Assembly: GCA_963835945.1 (NCBI GenBank)
Contig: CAWIHR010000054.1
Location: 8,727 to 72,726, forward strand
Length of the DNA: 64,000 nt
DNA from: an uncultured Chloroflexia bacterium
GTDB lineage: Bacteria > Chloroflexota > Limnocylindria > Limnocylindrales > CSP1-4
Direction of reading: 5' to 3'
The notes under the pieces are model-generated. The model did no database searches, had not been told where the DNA came from, and worked only from the letters and a program-made list of their open reading frames with translations. Shown one piece after another: positions 19,736 to 29,713 of the stretch (its first letter is position 1; each line of letters opens with the position of its first letter). The translations under genes and the position numbers were made by a program.

Positions 19736-21150
19736 GCCTGCCAGAAGGGCACGAGCTGCCCGCGCCGCACGAATCCATCGCGCAGCGCCCACATGGCCGT
19801 GTACGTCGCGATGATGGTGAGCTCCTCGTCGGGCGGGGTCCGGCGCAGTCCCTCCTCGACGGCATCCGGCAGGGCGGGGACCGTCGAGAGCGTGGGGCGG
19901 CCATCCGAGGGGCCCTCGAGGACCCCTGCGTACTTGAGCCGCAGCGCCAGGTCCGCAGCACGGTGGCCCGAGGCGATCACCCACTCCAGGCGGCCGCAGA
20001 GCTGCTCGAAGGCGACGTCCCAGATCCACGAGACGTCCCGGCTGTCCTGGCCGTTGTCGTTGAGCGCGAGGACCAGCCGCAGGGTGCTGCGGTTGCGGAG
20101 CAGGATCTCTGTGACCTGGTCGAAGCTGCTGGGGTTCTTCACCAACGCGAGCAGGACGCGGCGGCCATCGAGCTCGAACCGCTCGAGGCGGCCGAAGGCC
20201 CCCGACACAGCCCCCACCGCCTCTTTCACGAAGTTGGGCCGGACGCCCAGGCTGTACGCGGTCGCCGCCGCCGCGATCGCGTTGTAGGCGTTGAAGAGGC
20301 CGGGCAGCGGCACCTCGAGGGTCTGCGGCCCCCAGGGCGTCTGCAGCTTGAGGGTGGAGCCGTCGAGCCCCCTGATCTCAACGTGCCACGCCGAGAGGCG
20401 GGGGGTGGGCCGGCGCCAGCCGCAGGCAACGCAGGCATAGTGGCCGAGGTGTGCGTAGAACGAGCGGCTGTACTGGAGGTCGCTCGCGCAGCGTGGGCAG
20501 CGGCGCGAGTCGGCGCTGTGCTGCAGCTGCGACCGTCCCCACCGCGCATCCTCGAGGCCGTAGTAGAGCACCGGGTTCGAGACCGACTCCCCGAGATAGG
20601 CCACTAGCGGGTCGTCGGCGTTGAGGATCAGCGTCGTGGCGGGCGGCAGCCGCTGGAGCGCCGTCGCCCAGAGCGAGGCCACGAAATCGACCTCGAAATA
20701 GCGGTCGAGCTGGTCACGGAAGAGGTTCGTGATGAGGAGCATGCGGGGCGAAAGCCCGTCGATCACCCTGGGCAGGTGGCCTTCGTCCACCTCGAAGACT
20801 CCGATCAGGTTCTCGCTCGCCGGAAGCCGTCCACGCCAGCTGGCCTCGGCCAGGAGGGTGGTCGTGATGCCGCTCAGCATGTTCGACCCCTCACGGTTCG
20901 TGAGGGGGGTGAGGCCGGCGCCGCGGAGCGCTGCCACGATCATCCGCGTGCTGGTGGTCTTGCCGTTCGTCCCGGTGATGAGGAGTGAGCCGTTCGGGAT
21001 GTGCTGCGTCAGCTCACCGGCGAGGCGGGGGTGGATGCGCTCGGCGACAAGCCCGGGGAGCGACGTGCCGCCGCGGCCCGAGCGGCGCAGCAGCCAGCGC
21101 GTCCCTTTGCCGGCTTCCAGGGCGACCAGCCCGGTGGCGCTGCGGGCCAC
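19732..21150 (-). CDS. murT: Lipid II isoglutaminyl synthase Mur-ligase subunit
   Basis: GTNGKTT, NLFRDQLDR, two CxxC pairs, LVKNP and DVSWIWD. Confidence 0.93.
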   Translation of the reverse strand: MARSATGLVALEAGKGTRWLLRRSGRGGTSLPGLVAERIHPRLAGELTQHIPNGSLLITGTNGKTTSTRMIVAALRGAGLTPLTNREGSNMLSGITTTLLAEASWRGRLPASENLIGVFEVDEGHLPRVIDGLSPRMLLITNLFRDQLDRYFEVDFVASLWATALQRLPPATTLILNADDPLVAYLGESVSNPVLYYGLEDARWGRSQLQHSADSRRCPRCASDLQYSRSFYAHLGHYACVACGWRRPTPRLSAWHVEIRGLDGSTLKLQTPWGPQTLEVPLPGLFNAYNAIAAAATAYSLGVRPNFVKEAVGAVSGAFGRLERFELDGRRVLLALVKNPSSFDQVTEILLRNRSTLRLVLALNDNGQDSRDVSWIWDVAFEQLCGRLEWVIASGHRAADLALRLKYAGVLEGPSDGRPTLSTVPALPDAVEEGLRRTPPDEELTIIATYTAMWALRDGFVRRGQLVPFWQA

Positions 21151-21168
21151 GGACCCAAGGCCTCCCGC

Positions 21169-22107
21169 TCAGGCGCGCTTCTGCGCGAGCAGCGAGATCC
21201 AGTACGGGCGCACGATCATCTCCAGCACGCCGCATTGCTGGGCGAAGGGGAGTCGCTTGACGCGTTGGATGAACCCCGGGCTGGTCGAGTGCTCGGCCAC
21301 GTCGAGCGGGATCTCTTGGTCGTAGTAGTCGGTGAGGCGCAGCACCGCTAGGCCGTTGCCCTCGAGCCACGCCACGATGTCGGCGAGCTTCAGGTGGTTC
21401 TCCCAGACGTGGAGGAACTCGTCGACCACCCAGTCGTCGTCGTGGAGGTCGACCGGCGGCGCCGTGTAGTAGTTCTTGAAGTTGCGGTCCCCGGTGGCCC
21501 ATTCCCGCACGATCGTGATGCGGTGGTCAAAGTCGAGCGGATCACAGTCCCAGGCCAGGGTCCGGAGCATCTCCTGCTGGACGCGGCGTTCCCAGTTGCC
21601 GTAGAAGCCGTAGATGCCGGTGCGCAGCACGCCGCCCGGCTGGAGCGCGCGGGCCAGGATGGCCACACCCTCGGCGGGATCGGGCAGGTGGTGGATGGTG
21701 CCCCAGGAGACGATGTAGGCGAAGCGGTCCACATCCTGCATCTGCATGATGTCCTGCACCACGGCGCGCGCATTGGCAACCTGCTCCGCGGCCAGCGTCG
21801 CGTTGGCGCGCTCGACCGACACCGACGAGAGGTCGTAACCAAGGAACCGCGTGTCGGGGAACTCCTGCGCGTAGTCGAGCATCATGAGCCCGGTGCCGCA
21901 GGCGAAGTCACCGAACTCCTGTCCCCGGGCATCGATTCCCAGCTGCTCGAGGAAGCGGCGCACGTAGGCCGCGTGGTTGCGGTACGTGTGCTTGCGCTGG
22001 GCGGGCGGGAACGGATGCTGGCGGTACATCTCCCGGACGCGGGCGATGATCTCGTCACGTGTGGCCACTTGGTCGCTCGGGGGCACCGATCGCAAGCCGG
22101 CGCTCAT
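21169..22107 (-). CDS. Class I SAM-dependent methyltransferase
   Basis: DFACGTG, GTIHHLPDP and LQPGG. Confidence 0.88.
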   Translation of the reverse strand: MSAGLRSVPPSDQVATRDEIIARVREMYRQHPFPPAQRKHTYRNHAAYVRRFLEQLGIDARGQEFGDFACGTGLMMLDYAQEFPDTRFLGYDLSSVSVERANATLAAEQVANARAVVQDIMQMQDVDRFAYIVSWGTIHHLPDPAEGVAILARALQPGGVLRTGIYGFYGNWERRVQQEMLRTLAWDCDPLDFDHRITIVREWATGDRNFKNYYTAPPVDLHDDDWVVDEFLHVWENHLKLADIVAWLEGNGLAVLRLTDYYDQEIPLDVAEHSTSPGFIQRVKRLPFAQQCGVLEMIVRPYWISLLAQKRA

Positions 22108-22462
22108 CGGCCGCTCCCTCCCGCCGGCACCCACGGGAGCCCCCATCCTCCCTGCGCCCGGAACGCGGCGTCTGCCACCACCTACCCCTACTGCGGCACG
22201 GCCACCGTACTGAGCGACCTGAGCCATGTCAAGGTCGGCGTCACTGCCACGTAGCGCCCGCCTGCTCGGCTGGTCGCACGCGCTCATCCTCGATCACGAG
22301 ACCATGGCGCGGCGTGGGATCATGGGGGCATCCCGTGCGGCGCTGCTGCTGCCGAGCGGGTCAGCCGTCGCGACTGGCCGCCGGACGGCCAGCGTGTGAC
22401 GGGAAGGCCCGCGCGTCGGGGACATCGGCGCCATGTCATCGATACCGGCTTCCGACCGGGCC

Positions 22463-24746
22463 TCACGGGCGTTCTGGTGTGCTGAGGCCGGCATGCGCCT
22501 GCACCTGCTGAAGGACCGCCTGGCCGAGACGGTCGGCGAGCGCAGCGGCAAAGGTCGCAGTTAGGTGCCCGCCGTCTCGGTAGACGAGCAGGTTGCCGAT
22601 GATGGGCGGGCAGGGGCTCGAGGGGCAGACCCAGTAGGTCGGGTCGACGAAGCCGACGCCTGTCTGCTGGACCACCTGATGCTCGGCCGCCAGCCAGGTC
22701 TCGTCGATGGCCTCATCCACCGGCGTGCTGCAGGCAAGGATGCTGTCCGGGTGCGCCGAGAGACAGACCGGCGGATCGACCTCCGAGGCCGGCGTATCGG
22801 CCATCAGGATCACCAGGCCGGCCGCCGGTATGAGTTGCTCAAGGGTGCGTGCCATGCCGGCCTTCCAGGCCTGCGTGAGCGCCTGACCCGTCAATTGGCG
22901 TCCTGACGCATCGACCGGGGCAATGCCGTGCGTGCCGGTGACTAGGATCACTGCCGGCCGGGTCGCGATCAGGCGTGCGATCGCCTGGTCCCGCCAGGCC
23001 GTGCATTCGGTGTAGATCCGCTTGAGGGTCGAGTTGTAAACGGTCGACGTCGGCCGGCGTGCAGGCGGACATCGTCAGGCTGAGCATGCGCCAGCCCTCG
23101 CGCTCGGCGAAGCCCTCCACGGCCGGGAACCAGGAGAGGGCGTGGCTGTCCCCGAAGAGGGCGATCGTCGTCTTCGAGGCGAGGTCCCCGTACAGGCACG
23201 TGCCGCGCGAGGCATGGCCACCCTCCTCTACGTGGCATCGATCGAGGTACGACTCCGGGTAGTCCTGCGAGGCAGCGGCGAGCGAGGGCTGCAGGTTCGC
23301 GGGCACGGGTCTGTCGAGGGTCGCCGGCAGGTAGGGTGCGGCGCTCGGCGTGGCCGTGGGAGCAGCGGGCGCTGGGGCGCTGGGCAGCGGAGCGCCGGAC
23401 GGGGAGGCGCCGGGTGCTGGAGTGCCGGACGATGCAGCCCCGCCGATCAGCGCCGCCCCCGGCGACTGGCTTGCCAAGGTGTTGAGGGCCCGCTCGAGTG
23501 CCTGTGCGTTGGCCACCGCGTTGGAGGCGCTGCCACCGCTCTGCAGGCGCGCGCCCGCGATAACCCCACTGCCGACTGCGATGAGCGCGACGCTGAGCGC
23601 GAGAGCGCCCGCCTGCGCTAGGTTCCGTCGCGGCACGCTGCCCACCAGCCGTCCGCGCCGGACCGGGTCCTCCACGAAGCGCTGCGTCAGCGCCGCCAGG
23701 AGGACGGCGACGACGACCAGGCCAGCCCGCTCCCCCAGCGGCAAGGGCGTGCCGGCGGCCAGCGCCGGCAGCACCAGCAGCGGCCAGTGCCAGAGATAGA
23801 GCGAGTACGAGATCCGCCCGAGGTAGCGCGGCACGGCCTGCCCGAGCAGCCGCGCTGGGGCAAACGCGCTTGGCCGGGCGCCGCTAGCCACGACGAAGGC
23901 GGCGCCCGCGGTGGGTAGCAGGGCGGCCAGCCCGGGATAGGGCGTCGCGTCATTCACCACGATCCCAGCCAGCGCGATCAGCCCGAGGCCGGCCCAGCCA
24001 CCCATGGCCGCCGCCCACCCAGGAACCCTCCGGAGCCAGGTCCCGGCAATCGCCAGGAGCGCGCCGAGCCCGAGCTCCCAGGCACGCGCCGGCAGCAAGT
24101 AGAAGGCCAGCGGAGCATCCGCCGACGTGAGCCACAGGGACAACCCCAGGGAGAGGGCACCGATCAGCAGGGCGGCGCTGCCGACCCGCCAGGTGGGTCT
24201 GCTGGCGCGGTGCGCCACGAGCAGCACGATCGCCGGCCAGAGAAGATAGAACTGCTCCTCGACCCCCAACGACCAGTAGTGCAGGATGGGCGAGGGCGCC
24301 TGCCCGGCCGCGAAGTAGTCGGTCGCCTGCACGGCGAAGCGGATGTTCGCCACGTACAGCGCGGCTGCCGCCGCATCACCCGCGATGCCCGGCACGAGGA
24401 GCGGCGGCAGCAGGAGGATGGAGGCGAGGAGGGTGACGAGCAGCACCAGGGCCGCGGCCGGTAACAGGCGGCGCGCCCGCCGCGCGTAGAAGGCGGGCAG
24501 CGAGATCCGGCCCGTGGTGCGGAGCTCGCGCAGGAGGATCCCGGTGATGAGGAACCCGGAGAGGACGTAGAAGACATCCACGCCGATGAAGCCGCCCGCG
24601 AACGGACCGATGGCCGCGTGGTACAGCACCACGAGCAGGATGGCGACCGCCCGCAGGCCTTCTAGGTCAGGGCGAAAGGCCCACTCGGCGGGCCGCTCGC
24701 CCGCGGGTGGCAACGCGATCGGTTCCCGAGCGTCTCGCGTGCCCAT
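22463..24746 (-). CDS. Acyltransferase-3/SGNH fusion O-acetyltransferase (OatA/OafA-like), frameshift near 23045
   Basis: RPDLEGLRAVA, GVDVFYVLSGF, HYWSLGVEEQFY, SYSLYLWHWP, then GDSHA and DGGH. Confidence 0.9.
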
Positions 24747-24972
24747 CGGACCCTGCCGCCTGAATGCTGCCGGAGGCGACTGAGGAAGTATTGGCCCAAT
24801 CCTGGGTTCCTGCCCGAATGCGGTTAACGCGGCGGCGTCTTCGCGCGGAACCGTGCCAATCGGGCTCGTCGCGTTGTGGCCATGCGCGGGCGTCTGCGCA
24901 CGAGGTGCCCATCATGTCAGCCTCGCACTCCGGAGCGGTCGGCCGGCGCCGAGGTCTGGACCCGCGGCTGGC

Positions 24973-25788
24973 TCAGGTCAGCCGAGCTCGGCGCGGCTCC
25001 CCGGTGGGTTTGTCGTCGTCTCGTAGCCGCAAGAGCGCTGCCACGACCGGGAGACCCATGGCGAACGGACCGATGACCGCTGCCGCAACGGGGAGGGCTC
25101 CTGACCAGAGGTTGGCCAGCAGCATGGAGAGGTAGGCCGCGATCGGCATCGCTGTCGCCCCGGCGGACAGTGGCCCGCCTGGCTGTGGCCGCCAGCGCCG
25201 CTCGAGCGAGCGGTACAGCGCAAAGACGACGAACGTGGTCAACACCCAACCCAGGTAGTTCTGGACCGGCACCCCGAAGTAGGGGCCACCGTGCTCCCAC
25301 ACCCAGGCCCGATAGATGGGGCCCGAGAGGATCGGATCGGCCAGCAGATCCCAGGCGGTCATTACGACGGCGCCCAAGAAGGCCAAGCCGAGCAGATGGG
25401 CGCGGCTGCCCGGCGTCCCGACCACTCTCCCGTCGACAATCAGGTTGGCCAGCGCGTAGCTCGGGTAGATCATCATGAACCAGGCCAGGGGGATGAGCAC
25501 CGGAACGCTGCCCAGCCAGGGTCCGAGCGTGGCCGTGTAGTGGTAGGACCCGTAGATGAGCCCGCTCGCGACCCCTACCTCCTCGAAGATCCACGACGTG
25601 ACCGCGGTGATGGCGAAGAAGGCAACGGTAAGTCGCGGGCCCAGTGTGTACGAGGCGTGCGACACGCTGAACAGCACGAGGATGACGGTGATGGTATTCA
25701 GGCCGCCCGGGATCACGGGCAGGGCGACCAGCGCGGCCACCAGCGGGCGCAGGACCCCTTCGTAGACGAAGAGAGCTAGGAACACCAC
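24973..25788 (-). CDS. Carotenoid biosynthesis membrane protein (CruF-like)
   Basis: YGSYHYT..LGP, VPVLIPLAW, WDLLADP and GVPVQNYLGW. Confidence 0.85.
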   Translation of the reverse strand: MVFLALFVYEGVLRPLVAALVALPVIPGGLNTITVILVLFSVSHASYTLGPRLTVAFFAITAVTSWIFEEVGVASGLIYGSYHYTATLGPWLGSVPVLIPLAWFMMIYPSYALANLIVDGRVVGTPGSRAHLLGLAFLGAVVMTAWDLLADPILSGPIYRAWVWEHGGPYFGVPVQNYLGWVLTTFVVFALYRSLERRWRPQPGGPLSAGATAMPIAAYLSMLLANLWSGALPVAAAVIGPFAMGLPVVAALLRLRDDDKPTGEPRRARLT

Positions 25789-26087
25789 CGCGAGGGCGAG
25801 CCGACTGCGCGGGCTGATCGATCTCCTCCTAACGGCCGCACGCCGATGCGGCGGGCTCGCCTCCGGCGTGGCTGGGCTCGTGTATGCGGCACCGTCGCTC
25901 CCTTGTCAATGGCCGGTTCGGCCCGGCACACCGTTGCACGCTGCCGGAGGCAGGACAGGACCTGCCCTTCCGTGGATCGGTGCTGGCCCATGGCCCCTGG
26001 CGGTCACATGACCGAGCTGCGCAGGGTGGCGTCGAAGTTCGGCGTCGCGGGAGGTCGCAATCGCAATCGGGTGTGAGCCGACTGGTC

Positions 26088-26212
26088 GATTGACAGCTGA
26101 CCGCCACGGAGACAGCCACGGCGGTGACAGCCGGTCCCACCCAGTAGATTCCGTGCACGAGCACCGCGCGCCGGGTGGGCCTGATGGGGCTCCAAGCGAC
26201 CCGGTGGACGGC
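26088..26212. mobile_element. Integrase arm-type site cluster adjacent to the att core
   Basis: Repeated (T/A)GAC(A/C)GC(C) units: TGACAGC, TGACCGCC, AGACAGCC, TGACAGCC. Confidence 0.55.
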
Positions 26213-26222
26213 CTCCGGCAAC

Positions 26223-26266
26223 ACTCTTAACCCTCGTGTCCTGGGTTCGAATCCCAGCCGGCTCAC
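26223..26266 (+). tRNA. 3' half of tRNA-Lys(CTT), an att-site remnant and not a full tRNA
   Basis: Anticodon loop CTCTTAA, T-arm CTGGG-TTCGAAT-CCCAG and acceptor 3' strand CCGGCTC-A. No D-arm or 5' strand upstream. Confidence 0.85.
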
Positions 26267-26388
26267 TCCTCGGCCCGCTCCGGCGGCACTGGCAGTCGCT
26301 TGCATCCCTCCCGCGGAGCATGCGCTCGACCCCGGGGACCTCGCTGAGCTGGCGCCGCGACCGAGCCATCTCGGCTGCCCCCAAGGGC

Positions 26389-27108
26389 TCAGTACGCGTC
26401 CCCCGCACCGGCGGTCGCCGAGCTCTCGGACGGGAGGTCGAGTTCCAACTGCGGGCTGCTCTCAGCGTCAGCAGAGGGCGGGCGCGCCGGCCGGGCCGCC
26501 CGCCGCCGGTGGTGACTGACGCCGTCGGCCAGCAGCGGCTCGCCGACGATCGCGGCCAGATGCTCGGCGATCGGCCACCAGTCCATGGCGTCGGTCACAT
26601 CGGAGGCCCGCACCCCCACCACGCGGTCCGGGCGGAGCAGGTCGGGAAGCACGCGATCCAGGATCGCCTCGATCTCGTCACGGAATGCGTCGCTGGTGCT
26701 CCTGACGCCGTCGGCGCGCAGCGCGATGTCGGGGAGTAGGCGCACCACCAGGTCGTACGTCCCCGCCCAAGCGCGCACGAACGGCTCGATGACGAAGCGG
26801 TCCTGCATCCCGCACGCGCGGAGGTAGTAGGCGAAGTTGTCCACCACGCCGCGGTCCGTCACCAGGGCCTCGGCCTTCGGCGCCAGCTCGAGCTCCTGTC
26901 GCACCTGGGAGACAAGCACCCAGAGCTGCGCCTCCCCGCTGGCCGTCTCGTTAATGCCCAGCGGGTTGTCCCGGACGACCTCGCGGCCGTACTCGACCGA
27001 CCGACCGGCGCGCTGGAGTTCGCCCACGAACGCGTGCGCCGCGGTGGTCTTGCGGATCCCATGCGATCCGACGAACGCGACCTTGGCGTGATGCACCCAG
27101 GCCGTCAC
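26389..27108 (-). CDS. AAA_28/NadR-like P-loop nucleotide kinase-fold protein
   Basis: GSHGIRKTT, E..R, TDRGVVDNFAY and DGVRS. Confidence 0.75.
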   Translation of the reverse strand: MTAWVHHAKVAFVGSHGIRKTTAAHAFVGELQRAGRSVEYGREVVRDNPLGINETASGEAQLWVLVSQVRQELELAPKAEALVTDRGVVDNFAYYLRACGMQDRFVIEPFVRAWAGTYDLVVRLLPDIALRADGVRSTSDAFRDEIEAILDRVLPDLLRPDRVVGVRASDVTDAMDWWPIAEHLAAIVGEPLLADGVSHHRRRAARPARPPSADAESSPQLELDLPSESSATAGAGDAY

Positions 27109-27308
27109 GGCCGGCCTCGCTCCGCGCGCGGGCCCCTCGGCACGCACCGCTCGACAATCTGGACGCCTGGTACGTGGCGCCCAGACTCCCGAAGGACCTC
27201 GACCGCCGCCGTCGGCCGCGGCGTGAGAAAAAGGTCGAACTGCCGCATTTGTCCCGTGACCTTCGGCCAGGCGAGGGGTGCCGGCCAACCTGGCATCCTG
27301 CGGTCGCC

Positions 27309-27623
27309 TCAGTGCCGAGGCGGATCGTCCGGGTCGAGCCGGACGGCGTGGCCCTCGATGATCGTGCCCCGGGCGGGCCGCCGATGCCAGCGTTCCCACC
27401 AGGTTGCGACTCCACTGAACGGCGCCAGGTAGAGCAGTAGCAGGATCGGCAGGAGGTAGAGGCCGAGGTCCTCTAATTCGATCGCCGCGAGTCCGAGCAC
27501 GATTAGCGTGGCGAAGTAGCCGACGCGCCACTTCAGGCGCGCGCCGGCTACTCCCAGCCGACGCGTGGGCAGCAGCGCGAGCGCGAATAGAACCGGCAGC
27601 AGGCCCAGGCTCAGGTCGCCCAT
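27309..27623 (-). CDS. Small membrane protein
   Basis: Three hydrophobic segments. Confidence 0.6.
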   Translation of the reverse strand: MGDLSLGLLPVLFALALLPTRRLGVAGARLKWRVGYFATLIVLGLAAIELEDLGLYLLPILLLLYLAPFSGVATWWERWHRRPARGTIIEGHAVRLDPDDPPRH

Positions 27624-27890
27624 CGCCTGTCATGGTACCCGCGGGAGGGGCGCTGCGGATAGCATTCTCGCCCCGCGCGCGACCGCTCAGAGTGCGTCCA
27701 CGAATGGCCGTGTCTGTCGCGGTTCCCAGCACATGAGATGGACGGATGTCGAGGATCGCCCGTTCGATTCTGCCGAGACCGATGCCGCCGCGCCACGGCC
27801 CTGTCCGGGCGCTCGCAGAGGAGGGGCCGTGAGCCGCCTAAGCGCCAGGGACGCGAAGGCCTGACGTGCGCCTCCCGCAGTTCCCGGTCC

Positions 27891-28676
27891 TCAGCCGACG
27901 ATCCTGACCGCCAGCACGACCGACCAGGTCGCCTGCTCGCCGCCCTGCCAGGGCTGGCTGTACGTGAGCGTGAGCGACGTCGTGGCGGAGCGCAGCGCGC
28001 GGAACGTCCAGGCCTCGCTGCCGGCCGCACCGATCAACCCGGACGTCGGCGCGACCACGCGATGGCTGAGCAGGGCGAGATACCGGGGATTCGCGTGGGG
28101 CGCGTCCCAGCGGTACCCAGTCGAGGCGTTGGAGCAGAGTGTGACCCGAAGCACCGCGCCCGCGCGAACCGATGCGGCCCGCCGGAGCACGGCCCTGCCG
28201 TCCGAGGTGGTCCACTGCTCGAACTCGCCGCAGCCGATGGCGATGAGCCCGTCCCCGCGCGCGGTCACGGTGGCGATGCGTCCGTGGGACGCTGAGGTAG
28301 CCGTGGTGTTGTCGCCGGCATAGCGCGCCTGGAACGCAGTCCAGGCCGTGATCCGGGTGACGTAGCGCATCGTCCCGTCGGCAGCGACTGTTCGACTGGT
28401 TGCCTCGGTCCACGCTCCCGCCCGCGTTCGTGTCCAAATCTCGAGCGTGCGGCCGGCGAGCGCCGGCGTCGCCCCGACGAAGTAGGTCACGGAGGTGCCA
28501 CCCGGGACGACGATGCTGGCGGTGCCGAACGACGCGGCGCCCGAGCCGCTGCCGACGACCCCCGCCGCGATCCCGTCGGTCAGCGTCACCGGATTCGGCG
28601 CGGCGAGCGCCGGCGAGCCACCGACGAGCACCGCCACCAGCGCGAGCGCGAGGGCCAGGAACTGCGCGCGATGCAC
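27891..28676 (-). CDS. Secreted protein with C-terminal chagasin/I42 protease-inhibitor domain
   Basis: Signal peptide, SNASTGYRW, GAAG.E.WTF and YSQPW. Confidence 0.8.
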   Translation of the reverse strand: MHRAQFLALALALVAVLVGGSPALAAPNPVTLTDGIAAGVVGSGSGAASFGTASIVVPGGTSVTYFVGATPALAGRTLEIWTRTRAGAWTEATSRTVAADGTMRYVTRITAWTAFQARYAGDNTTATSASHGRIATVTARGDGLIAIGCGEFEQWTTSDGRAVLRRAASVRAGAVLRVTLCSNASTGYRWDAPHANPRYLALLSHRVVAPTSGLIGAAGSEAWTFRALRSATTSLTLTYSQPWQGGEQATWSVVLAVRIVG

Positions 28677-29280
28677 GTGACTGAACCTCCCTGGGCGCCA
28701 CGGGTGTCCGCGGCGCGCATCCGGGTGCGCGATCGGCCGCGCACCCTAGGCTACGACGTCGCGACCGGGGTCCGGGTTCCCTGCACCGGTCGCGCTCGGG
28801 TACATCATCGTCATCCTCTCGCCTGCGCGACCCGATGGCTCAGCTCCTTGGCGTTTCGCGGGCGGCTACTTCACCTACTTCCCGGCGTTGACCAGCAGAG
28901 GTAGGGGGAGGTAGGCGGAGCTGGGCTGGCGGGCCGTCAACTGTGCCGTGCCCGTGCTCCGCCGGTTGCCATCTTCAAGCCGACCGTCGCCGGTTGGTTA
29001 GCTGCGGGCAGACACTTGACGACTGGCTCGGACCGGCGGTAGCGTGGTCTTGGACCGGATGGCCCGGTCATCGAGTCGTAAGGAGCTTACTGCGGACACC
29101 ACCTAGCCTCAAACAGTTCAGCGCATCCGATGAGCACCGCGGCGCGGCCTCCGAGGCCGACTCCGTCGGTGCTTTGTTATTCTCCGAGCGCTCGTTGAGC
29201 GCCGAGCAGATCGCTGCCGGCTGGGCGGCCTTCGGCCTCCACGAGCCAGTTAGGTTGCCGGCTGGCGAAGGGGGCGTGCG

Positions 29281-29713
29281 ATGAGCGCCCTGCGGCTGCA
29301 CGGCCAGCTTGTCCGACGGCCGGCCCTGCCGGGCGACCCGACTGCGCGATGGCGACTTCTGCGTCTTTCACGATCCCGCACATGCCGACACGCTGGCCGA
29401 GGCCCGCCGGCGCGGCGGCCGTCACCGGCGGCACGAGCAGACACTCGCCACTACACACAACTTCCGCGGCCTGCGCGACGCCGAGGCGGTCCGCGGGTTG
29501 CTCGAGGTTGCGGCATCCGACACGCTAGGCCTCGAGGCTTCCGCCACACGGGTCCGTCTGATCGTCGCGGTGTGCGAGGCCGCGACGCGCCTGCTCGAGC
29601 CCGGCGATTTCGAGCAGCGGCTGGCCGCGCTTGAGGCGGCCCGCCGGGAGGCGGACTCGCGCCCGGTCACCGACACCGGTGAGGGGCTCGGCCTGCAGGA
29701 GCCGGCGACATGA
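29281..29713 (+). CDS. Phage-like protein, putative terminase small subunit (probable frameshift near start)
   Basis: C...GRPCRA...FCVFHDP and C-terminal FEQRLAALE. Stop overlaps the terL start. Confidence 0.6.

Noticed and set aside
26223-26266. Functional tRNA gene
   Set aside because: The 5' half (acceptor 5' strand, D-arm) is missing, so it is treated as an att remnant.
28943-29284. ORF overlapping the start of the putative small terminase
   Set aside because: It may be the tail of a decayed phage gene, but no motif supports a call.
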